DNA from: Octopus sinensis
Lineage: Eukaryota
Reading direction: 5' to 3'
Length of the DNA stretch: 64,000 nucleotides
Assembly: GCF_006345805.1 (NCBI RefSeq)
Contig: NC_043014.1
Coordinates: forward strand, 48,546,001-48,610,000
Made by a program: the position numbers and the translations under genes. Of the stretch, positions 1-11,383 are shown piece by piece. Within the stretch, counting starts at the first letter, position 1. The number at the start of each line of letters is the position of its first letter. Under the pieces are notes generated by a model that was not told the DNA's origin, made no database searches, and was given only the letters and a program-made list of their open reading frames with translations.

Positions 1-715
1 AGAATATTTGGGCCAGATATGGCTGGTTTTTGCTGCTAAAGGGTTAACTATCTTATTATTAGGGTTACCCACAAAGTTTTCTCACTGTTGTTGTTCCTTA
101 GCTCCTGATACAGGCATTTTAGCAATGATCATCCATCTTCTAGTTGGACATAATATAGTATCTAGGCCTACATAATCTAAAACAGTAAGGTATGATCTGT
201 AAGGGACTTCTGTCTGGTCACACAACCGTGTTGTAGTTAATTCATGTTACAAAGTGTGTGTGTCTGTGTGTCACAACTTGGTTATCCATTTTAATGTCTT
301 TTAATAATAAGAAATGCAGATGGCAATTTTTTTTACTTTGGTGTATCAGTGGTTGAGTAGTTTTGTGTCCTTTATTGTTCAAAATTAACGAAGTGTAAAA
401 CTAAAACACATGTTGTAATCAAATAGATTCACGTGTTAAGATGTAGACCATTCTCTGGTTTAAAATCATTCTTTCACTACTTCTTTTCAAGTAGTTTTGA
501 TCTTCCTGTTTTACCTGTCAGATTCCATCAACTCAAAAAGTCTTCCAATAAAAAAAAAGTCTTGAACAAAATTTTGTTTGAAACATGATTCTATCTCTTT
601 TTCATTGGTCCAGTTTCCCCCCGCTTTTCTCGCATTTTATTCTAATTTATCTGATTACCAGGTTTTAAATTTTTCCTTGAATTTCCTTTTCTTTGTTTTG
701 TAATTTTCTTTGAAG

Positions 716-751
<36 letters not shown>

Positions 752-974
752 GTGGGTATGTGTGTGTACGCTCACACTTATTATTGGTATTTCTAGAATC
801 CAGAAAAATCCGTCTTAATTCACTTCCTTGTACAGTTAGTTGGGCCATATTTAAAGCTGACAGCAGGAAACAGTTTCCTAGTTTCATTAAAACTAAATAT
901 TTTCTTAAGATATTGTTTCAATTATCATCAGTAATTAGTGTTAATTATCAATAAGGATGTCAACAGTTGTTTAA

Positions 975-1193
975 CCCTTTAGGGTTCATATTGCCCCGTC
1001 AAAAATAACGCTTGTTTATTCATATTATTTTGAATTAATCATGCATCGTCTTGGAGCTTTGAGGTTTTGATGGTACGATTGCTTATTCTTAGAATGGCAT
1101 TTTTGGGTTTTGTGACTTGCCAGGTCTGGCCAGTTTGAACATAAAGCACGTAAAATATTTGGGCCAGATATGGCCAGATTAAATGCTAAAGGG
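975..1193. mobile_element. piggyBac-type MITE family A (TTAA|CCCTTTAG...CTAAAGGG|TTAA)
   Basis: TIRs flanked by TTAA. Other copies: 12135-12353, 17487-17706, 48364-48585, 48590-48810, 63090-63309 and a partial at 1-46. Confidence 0.8.
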
Positions 1194-1197
1194 TTAA

Positions 1198-1417
1198 CCC
1201 TTTCGTTACTGCATTTATTTTGAGATGCTCTGTGTTTCCTTCAATTACTTTAAATATAACAAAGAATTTAGTAAAATAACTTGGTTATCATTAAGCTAGT
1301 GTTAGGAACATAAATTGTGACTAAGGTTTGATGGAAGATTTTAATTCAAACCTTATGAAAATAAGACATTTGTACTCAGAGCCAGAGCCGGTTTCAGCCG
1401 GGTTGGTAACGAAAGGG
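1198..1417. mobile_element. piggyBac-type MITE family B (TTAA|CCCTTTCG...CGAAAGGG|TTAA)
   Basis: TIRs flanked by TTAA. Other copies: 14846-15067, 22708-22927, 41136-41356 and a partial ending at 49584. Confidence 0.8.
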
Positions 1418-1540
1418 TTGAATTGATCAGAAATCCGTATAATCTCCCCCCCCCCTCCCCAACACACTGAAGTTTGCTGGTCCTTAAACTTGTTGTCTTT
1501 CACTATTTAGGATGTATGCTCATGACTGGTTTCTTTTCAG

Positions 1541-1759
1541 GACTCCCCCAGGGTGCCAAGCCCCCACCCCTCACCATGGTCAACTCAGGTGCATCCAAAG
1601 TGACCCGAAATACAGCAACTGTGCAGCCCCTCAGTCAGGTATCATCGTCGCCTAGCAACAGTGTGACCTCGATCAGTGGCAACGCTGCCCTGAATGCCAC
1701 ACGCACATCTAGTTTTGCAGCTGCACTAAGGAAATTGGCTAATCAAGCCAAAGATCCAG
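1541..1759 (+). CDS. GSE1: GSE1 in-window exon 1 (LPQGAKPP...SSFAAALRKLANQAKDP)
   Basis: ttcttttcag acceptor, CAG|gtaatt donor, phase 1-1; hallmark SSFAAALRKLA motif. Confidence 0.92.
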
Positions 1760-2517
1760 GTAATTGCACCTCCTTGTGCATGTCTTCACCGCATCATTCT
1801 TGTTATTGCTAATTGCGTTTTTACCCATCACTCTCGTCCACCGCTAATCATCATTCCCCGTCAATCTTTTGAAATTTCCCCCTCCTCCTCCTCTACCATT
1901 CCCTATGTGATTCATGGCTTCTTTCTTCGTTAATCCCAGTTCTTTTGTATTCATTTATTTGATTGTTTGTTATTATTATTATTAATTACCAGCAATTATA
2001 TCATGGAACAACCATTTTAACTATTTACAAAAAAAAAAAGCCTTGTAAACTGAGGTGTCGATATTTTTCTTGCATCCCTGTGACTGGGTCTCATCGGTGA
2101 CCAAATCTGGACAAAAACATGAATACTTCAAGAAACACATGTAAAGTGAACATAAGTTTTTTTTGTTTTTTCTTCCCCCCTCTTTACATGTGTGTATTTT
2201 CAAAATGGTTAAACTGGTTCTTCTATGATATAATTTCATTGTCTATTTCAACGCCATTGGATCAAGCCACTTGCTATACAACTCTACAGTTCTGAAACAT
2301 TAATTAACAATTATCATTTACAGGCGTCTTTTTTTCTTCTTTTTTCTCCTTCTTTTTCTTTTATTGTTGTTTGAAATTTTAATAATGGTTTCTTTGTTAT
2401 ATTTCATTTGCATATTTTATCCAGATGTGACCTGGTTGCTGATGGACGCCCAGAATCTGTGATCATTATTCCTAATCCAATCTTCATTTCAGTACTAGCT
2501 CCATGTTCTCTCTTTCG

Positions 2518-2557
<40 letters not shown>

Positions 2558-3191
2558 GCAGGTATTTCCCAGCTACATGGTTCCAGGTTCAGTCTCACAG
2601 CGTGGTACTTGGGCACGTGTCTACTACTATAGCCTCGGGTCAATTTGGTAGACGGAAACTGAAAGAAGCCCATTGTGTGTGTGTATGTCTTTGTGTCTGT
2701 CCCCCCATCACTGCTTGACAACTGGTGTTAGTCTTTTTTTGCCGAACCATTAGGTTACAGGGACATAAACACACTGATAGAATAAGTACTAGGCTTAAAA
2801 AATAAGTCCTGAGGTTGATTTTTCTGGCTAAAATCCCTTAAGGCAGTGCTCCAGCATGGCTGCAGACAAATGACTGAAACAAGTAAACAAACACACACAC
2901 ACACACACGTTGTTAGAATTTACAGAAGACAAAAGCCAGAATATGAAGACAGCTAAAAGAACCACAAACAGGTGTATTAGTTTTGATGCTCAGAAAGAAG
3001 AATGGAAAAGTCTTTGACATTTCGAGCCTACACTCTTCAGCAGAGAAGGACGAAAAAAAAAAAAAAATGGAGAGAGAACGGGGGAGGGTGCAGAAGGAAA
3101 ATTATGTGTAGGGATTAACCGTTCAACATGATGAAAATATATACTTACAGACACACAAATATATATATATATGTGTGTATATTTGTGTGTG

Positions 3192-3242
<51 letters not shown>

Positions 3243-3713
3243 CACACATCACAACTATCATATTCTCCACTCCTCATTTTACCCTCTTATCACCTTTATA
3301 TAGAGAGATCCCTGTTTGGTGAAAGAGGTTTTACATATCCATTAAATCTCTCTCTCTCTCTTCTCTAACTTCCCCCCCACCCCCCATCTCCCTGGTTTAT
3401 ATTTATTTACTTTCTATTGTTGTTGATGTTGTTTGTATTTCAGGAATGCCACACTACTGCCTACTCTTTCCTCTCTGACCTATTCTATAATGCCTGCCTG
3501 TCCCAGCTGTGACTGCCAAATGTCAACAGTCCTCTTAGCATTTCTCTACTTCATGTATTTTCACCAATTTTTTCTTCTTCTTCTTCTTCTTCTTCTTCTT
3601 TGTTATCATTTTTCAAGAAAAATTAATATATTACTTCATATGACATTTATTTATTTATTTCAGAAGCATATGAATACATTTCTAACTAATTAACTGTCCC
3701 AATCCAAACACTC

Positions 3714-3765
<52 letters not shown>

Positions 3766-4867
3766 CATTATTATTACTATTATTACTATTATCATTATTA
3801 TTATTATTCACTCACAAAATAATTTTTCTTCATCTTTTTTTTCTCTCTCAATGCACTGAAAATTGTTCGTATCTTGATGATGTTATTTACATTTAATTAA
3901 TGATTTCAGGGTCATAACTCACATGCAGCAGTCTACTATTATTACAGATATTATTATAACAAGACATAGTTCACATGGATCTACAATTACTACTACTATT
4001 ACAACTACTACTACTACTACTATCATTATTATTATTATTATTAATTAGGCGGCAAGCTGGCAGAATCATTAGCACACTGGACGAAATGCTAAGCAGTATT
4101 TCCCCCCATCATTATATTTTGAGTTCAAATTTCACTGAAGTCGACTCTGCATTTCATGCTTTCGGGGGTTGATGGAATAAGTACCAGTTATGCACTGGGG
4201 TAAATGTGATCGAACCCCCCCCCCCAAAAAAAAATTTCAGGCCTTGCACCTATAGTAGAAAGGATTATTATTATATTATTATTATTATTATTATGTAGTT
4301 TTATTTTTATAGTGTGCTTTCACTTCACTACCAAGCGCAGCTCTGTGTGCCTTGGGTATGTGCTGTGATTTGTTATGTTATTATTATTAAGAAGACGGCG
4401 AGCTGGCAGAATCCTTATTGCATCAGACAAAATGCTTAGCAGCATTTCATCTGTCTATGCTGAGGTTCTGCTGAGGTCAACTTTGCCTTTTGTCTTTTGT
4501 AGAGTCAATAAAACAAGTACAGGTTGAGCCACTGGGGTTGATGTACCCGTCTTGCTCCACCCCACAAGTTTCAGGCCTCGTTGCTCTAGTAGAAAGAATT
4601 ATTATACCAAGGCTGAGGGGGGAGTGGATTGATGGAATTGTTGGAACGTTAAACAAAATGCCTTGAGTATTTCTTCCAGTTGTGTATGCTCTGGGTTCAA
4701 ATCACGCAAATGTCACCTCTGCGTTTCACCCAGTCTGGGTTTTGTAAAATAAAGTGCCATTTAAGTACTGAGGCCTAATGCTATCAACTAGCTCCCTCCT
4801 TTCAAGACTGCTAGCCATCTGCTTAAATTAGAAACAATATTATGTCCATGGCAGAATATATTTCAGC

Positions 4868-4933
<66 letters not shown>

Positions 4934-7900
4934 TTATATAATGATGATTATGAAACTTCATGTAAATTTTGAGGTAGTAATTATATTGTGTGTGTGTGTA
5001 TATCAAACAGGCTTCTGTTGGTTTCCCTGTACCAAATTCACTTACAAGGCTTTGGTCAACCTGAGTCCATCGAAGAAGACACTTACACAAGCTAATATGC
5101 AGTGGGACTGAACCCAGAACGATTTGGTTGAGACAAACTTCTTACTACACAGCCATGCCTGATCTTTTTTTTTTTTCGTTGACAGTCCCTAGTATTAAAT
5201 ATGTTATTGTTAACTTAACTGTTATTTTTTCATGCAGATGGTGTCCCTGGATCATTAAATTTCCAAACATTCCCATTTTCTTCCCCCCCGTCCTGTCATT
5301 CTGACCTATGGCTGAACGATAGTAACGATAACCCCACCACCTCTACAATAATGTCGCTTCTAATTAATGTGAACAGAAAACATCAAGTAAAAGCTATCAA
5401 CACTTTCATGCTTAATTAGATATATTATTACGATATAATATGCCATAATTAAATATATTTATATTAAGTAAATTAATCAATATAAATAACTAGGATCTAG
5501 ACTATCAGAGGTGATTGTCTGTTTCAAAGGTGTTAATTTAAAGAGTTTTAAATTTCCAGAATATCTGGCAATTTTAAAACACTTTAATTTTTTACAGTTA
5601 TTTTCACAAATGAAAATTTTTAACAATTTTTTTTGTTTCAATGAGATTTCCTCATGAGTCCCTAAATATTCCTTACACAAGACATAGGTCTAGGGTAAAT
5701 ATATGATGTTCATGCCTTTCCTAGGGTGTGGGGCTGGAGGCTAAGCTCATTATGAGCTTATCACTCCACCCCTACCTCATTAGTCTCTCTCTCATTCATT
5801 CATTTGGCTCTTTGCTTTTTGCTTTTTAATGTTCCTTTTGCTGTAAATATTGTTGTTTTTATCTTGTTGCAGCCAAAATTTGTGGAATTCTGAGGAATTG
5901 CAGACATAACCTGACAACCAAATATTACTTTCATTTTAGTCTTGTTTTAATATATTTTCATTCCATGTTCCGTTTTAACATTGTGTGTGTGTGTGTATGT
6001 ATTTATGACCAATTTTAATTCTTTATTTATTACCCTTTGATTTGACTATTAACTTTTAGTCAGTTCTGATTTGTGTTAACTGTTAACCTTTAGTCAATTG
6101 TAATTATGTTAACCTTTAATCAGGTCTTCAAGTGTTTTTGTTACATTTGTGCGTTACTGTGGAATTATTAAGCTAGCTCTAGAATAACCGTAGCGTCGAC
6201 TGTGAATGTCGGCAATAAGAGATATTATATGAAAAAATGACATTTAAAAAGTAAGTTTCATATGATCAGGGCCATTTGATAGTTTAATTAACCTCTTATT
6301 AAACTAGAACTGATCTATTCCTTCACAGTCTTTCAGTGGGGTTTCTGATCTTGAGAACAGGTAACAAACATATTCTATGTGTGGCAGCAATACGTGACAC
6401 ATGATTGTATAACGGTGGCTTACTGTATTGGGTTATGACCCTTTATGGTTTGGGTTCTCACCCTGCTGGAATTGAGTTTGCCCATTATTCTGTGTGGGAC
6501 TGGGTCCCAAGAAGAATAAGATAATACCAGGGAAGTAATGGCACTGATTTCATGAATTGCCCTTCTGTCACTCCCTCTTCTCCTTCCCATAAATGTATGC
6601 TTTGTACCTGTAAGAAAACCTTATGGGGGGATAGTGGTGGTGGTGGTGGTAGTAGGGATGTCGGTTGTTGTAGTAAATCTATTGATTCTACAAAGGTTTA
6701 TAAAACTAATGAGGAAGCTTTTGTTGTGTCCACCTGCTAGAAATAGCAAGTAAATTCTTTCAAATATATCCAACAGTTTTGGGGCTTTTAAAAAAAAAAA
6801 AAAGCGAAGGAACATTGGACAGTGTTGTCCAAATCCAGAAAAGGTGGAAGTGGTCATAGTTGGAATGACTTTGAGCCAAGGTGTACTCAATTAGGACAGA
6901 CCTGGGGCATCTTATTTGTTCAGTAATTGGACTGCAGCCCTGCTGGGTCCCTCTTTGAAAAGTTTTAGTCAAACAGATCACCCTCGGTACTTTCCTTTCT
7001 TTTTAAGTCTCTTACTTACTCTATTGGTGTCTTTTGCTGACTAGTAAGTTATGAGGATATAAACAAACCATCACCAGTGGTCGAATGTGGCAGGGGTGGG
7101 GAGGCAAGTTGACACACCCACACACATTGATACGATGAGCTTCTTTCAGTTTCTATCTATCAAATTCACTCACAAGGCTTTAGTCAGCCTGAGGTTATTA
7201 TAGAAGACACTTGCCCAAGGTGCCACACAGTAGGATTGAACCCAAAACCATCTGGTTTCATGGTTCTATTGAACAAACACTTTATTTTCTCTACCGTGAT
7301 GGTGCTCATGTTCCAGTCCCTAACTGTTTTTAACATCCACCGATTTATTTTCAAAATTAAAAGATTCACTGCTGGTGATGATGTATAGTTAACAAGTTCA
7401 CTTAGTGGATCAAGTTGTTTCAGCAGTAGCACATTGGACAGGTGTCTTCTTTCATAGCCTTGGGTCAACTAGTATGTTGGGACTGCCATCTATCATAATC
7501 TCAGATTGACCTGTGTGTTGGGTGTAAAACTGGATTGATGAAAACTGTATGGAAAACCTTTGGATAATCCTTAAATGTTCCCAAGTAGTGGACTTAATCC
7601 TTTACTTTGTTCCTTGTCACTACCTTGTCCCTGGATACCTTTAGTAGAGTCTACTAGAGTGGTGAAACCCCTTGAGAACTTTTAGTTCACTTTGTTGCAA
7701 ATATTCAGAAAGCAAGTCTTCCATCTAAGAATATCTTCATAGTTTGGTGTCCTGCTGTTTTAGCAGGAACCCTTGAATTGTGTCTTCCTCACTTTCTCTA
7801 GTCACTGGTCTCAGAGATTCAGTAAAGGTCATTTGATGCTACACTCTCCCCCTTTTTTTTTCTCCCAACAAAAGCAGATGTATGCACAAGCACACACATG

Positions 7901-10709
7901 TATGCAAAGGTGCGCTTGGTCTTGTGGTTAGCGTGTTGTACTCATGGCTGCATGATTGTCTTGCTTCTCGGTCGAGGCAGTGCATTCAGCGAAACACTCC
8001 ATTCCACGTTGCTCTGTGATTACTTCAACATCTGACGTGCAACACAAACATCTGATCACTATAAACAAATCATCTCTGCAGGTTATTCAGCAAGAATCTG
8101 AAGAACCCTCAAATTACAACAGGAGAGACCCCCCCCCCCAATATAATTTAGCTTCAGCCAATAACTTGCATAAGCGGAGGCTTTACTGAGTCATTGTTAT
8201 GCAGCTGCATTATGAAGATGAAGGATAGAGACTGAGTGGAGTGACATATACAACCACTCTCTACTCTCAGATTTGTCCTGCAATTAGCAATTTCACTTTT
8301 ATTGTTTCTGAAAGATGTTAATTATTTATATAAATATTAGAAATGCTGTGCCTCTGACTCCACTGCCATTATTACTACCACCACCACCACTACTACTACA
8401 ATTTATATTGATTAAAATTCTTCTATTGTATGAAATAAAAGGTTTAAGGACAGTATGGGCATAGCTGTGGTTAAACTCACTTTGTTACTACTTAATTCGG
8501 GGGTCAATCACGTGTAGCAATACCTCAAGCATCTTCTCTACTCTCACACAAATGTGAGTGAATTTAGCAGACAGAAACTGTAGAGAAGCTTGTGTGTGCA
8601 TACACACATACTTATATATACTGCATATATACGCATCTGAGTGAGAAGGTCATGGTTTTTATACTTTCTGGTCACTCTGCACTTCTGAAGATCTGTGGAG
8701 TAATAAAAAAAAAAAAAGCCTTTACTTGATAAACAGAACAGCTGGTTATCGGAAGGGCATTTGGTTGAGAAATCCGCCCCCTCTTAGAAAATTCCTGTTC
8801 ATCCTGTATTAGCATAGGGAAACAGATGTTTAACAAACAAGTGAATGAATATATAAATGTGTGTGTGTGTATAATAATGATGTGGCAGGGTTGAATTTTT
8901 CATCAATTAAAATGCATTTCGTATTGTAAAGGCAAATTGAATTTTGAATATTTTTCTTTGTTCCTCTTGTAGATGATGGTCCTAGTGTGAAAGCTGTTCC
9001 AACAACAAGTGTGAGTCCCCGATCCTCAACACCGAAACGTGGTCCTCCTCCATTGGTTTATTCAAGCCAGTCATCATCATCATCATATCTGACCCCACCC
9101 CCTGTAGTGACAATCGCTCCAACTCAAGCTCACCCAACACACCTCCACTCAGAAGCTCATTCTCAGGTAATGTCACACTCAATACGTTTGTCTGTTTGTC
9201 TTTGGCACAACTTCCTGCCATGCCACATTCTTCTTTGTATCTTCCACTTTAGCCTATCTTTCTTTCTATGGATTTTTTTCTTTCTTGTTTTATTTCAGAA
9301 TTTGGAACGTACTCACTCCGTACAAAGCTCATCTTCATCGCTCTATGACCCCCTTACTATAAAACAGGAAAGAGACCACCGACCCTTGTCATCACAATCT
9401 CGAGATGGTGACACAGCAAAAGAATGCATTATCCAGCCATCCCACAGGTTGGTTAAAAAGTTAGGATTGCTTTTTGTCATTTCTCTGGAATTTAATTTTT
9501 TTTTTCCTCTTTTACTGCTTAATTTGCCCTCAGTTTCCTCATTATTTCACTCGTAATCGAGCGGTTACTGTTTATATCTCGTTCCGAGATTTATTATTGT
9601 TTTCAGACAGTTTTTCTACATCAGTGACAGTGGTTACTGTGAAAAACATTACATATTGTTTGTAAGGGGGACTCCTTCATCGAAGACCGGTGCTTACCAT
9701 GCGTTGACAAGAGGCAATTACCTCGAAACTATAGCCCGTATGTAGTACTCGGGTCTTCGAGGGAGGATGACCTCCCTTTGCAAACAACACAAGGACACTG
9801 AGATAGTGTCTAAAGTCCTTCTGGTGACGTTGATCGCCTGGGGCTAAAAGCATCAGTAACCACCCCCCCCCCCCCCCCCATCAGTGGCTAGCCACATTTA
9901 GATGGCTGATACCCTTTACGTTGTCAAGTGGTTACTGTTTATATCTCGTTCAGAGATTTATTATTGTCTTTCATTAAAATAATAACAAAAAAAAAACCCA
10001 AATCGACTCAAAATTCCCACTTTTCATCACAAACTGTAATTTTCCTTTCTATCTTTCAGGACTACATCATCAGCTTTATCATCATCATCATCTACACACG
10101 GCAGAGATGACCTTCCTCCCAGAGGTTTCCAACCATATAGACCAGAGGAAGAGATTCGGCCTATGTTAACATCCCCTTTTGGTTTGGATGCCGCTTACCC
10201 ATATCACCCAGCACTATTTGCACACCAACCCTACCCTCATCCTGCATTTAGGTATTGCTATATAGTTTCTTTAATAATTTTATATACATCATCATACTAT
10301 TATATAGCCTCTTCAGTAATTCTACATACATCAAGGCACTGTTATATAGTTTCTTCTGTTTAGAAATTCTACATACATTTGAGGTACTGCTATATAACTT
10401 CAGTAATTATACATACATCAGAGTGTTGCTTTATATCTTCTGTAGTTCAGTAATTCTACATATATATCCTGGTATTGCTATATAATATTGCTATGACTCA
10501 TTTACTCTTTACTCTTTTACTAGTTTCAGTCATTTGACTGTAGCCATGCTGGAGCACCGCCTTTAGTCGAGCAAATCGACCCCGGGTCTTATTCTTTGTA
10601 AGCCCAGTACTTATTCTATCGGTCTCTTTTGCCGAACTGCTAGGTGACGGGGATGTAAACACACCCACATCAGTTGTCAAGCAATGCTAGGGGGACAAAC
10701 ACAGACACA

Positions 10710-10761
<52 letters not shown>

Positions 10762-11349
10762 CATATATACGACAGGCTTTATTTAGTTAAATTGCTTTAC
10801 TTACAATTTAACCAGAGATGTCTCTCTGAAAATACACCCAATTTCCTTCTTGATACAGTGACCACCTCCCAGCATTGGTTTTCTCCAGTTCAGGAATAAT
10901 TTTGCAGTTTTCATAGTAAACTTCATTGTATTCTCTTGTCTGAAATGACCAGCTTTTTAGTGGATGTTTCAATTTAGAGAACAAAGAAAAAGTCTGTGGA
11001 GACTCGGTCCGTAGAGTCTGGCAGCTGGGAACATGATTCATCCCCTTTGGAAAAGTCTTAGATAAGAGAGGACATACCAATAAGTTATTGGTTGTGGTGC
11101 ATCATTTAGCTTTTCTTTACCCGTACCTTAGGTCTCTTCCTTTGCACTGCCTCTCTCAAATGTGTCGGGACGTCCAAGTAAATCTCTTTCTAGATTGTCT
11201 GACCTTGTGGAACAAACTCCTGACAAACAACACCCATCTATATCACTTTCATATTGGGAATAACGTTGGGGATTTTTGGTTGCAATGCTACTGATCCAAC
11301 TCTCGGAAATGACTGCCTTTTTATTTCGATATCATAGTTGTACATCCAC

Positions 11350-11383
<34 letters not shown>

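Noticed and set aside
718-954. ORFs rich in CV, HT, YI or poly-L/N runs (here and many others)
   Set aside because: These are translations of TG, CA, TA and TAT microsatellites.
1511-1540. Upstream in-frame alternative acceptor (tatttag) adding 10 codons to GSE1 exon 1
   Set aside because: Compatible with the frame but unsupported; the downstream AG has the stronger pyrimidine tract.
9685-9860. HDV-like ribozyme (ggtgctt/aagcatc pairing and a ggctaa junction)
   Set aside because: I could not assign P1, P3 or P1.1; the hammerhead fold explains the region better.
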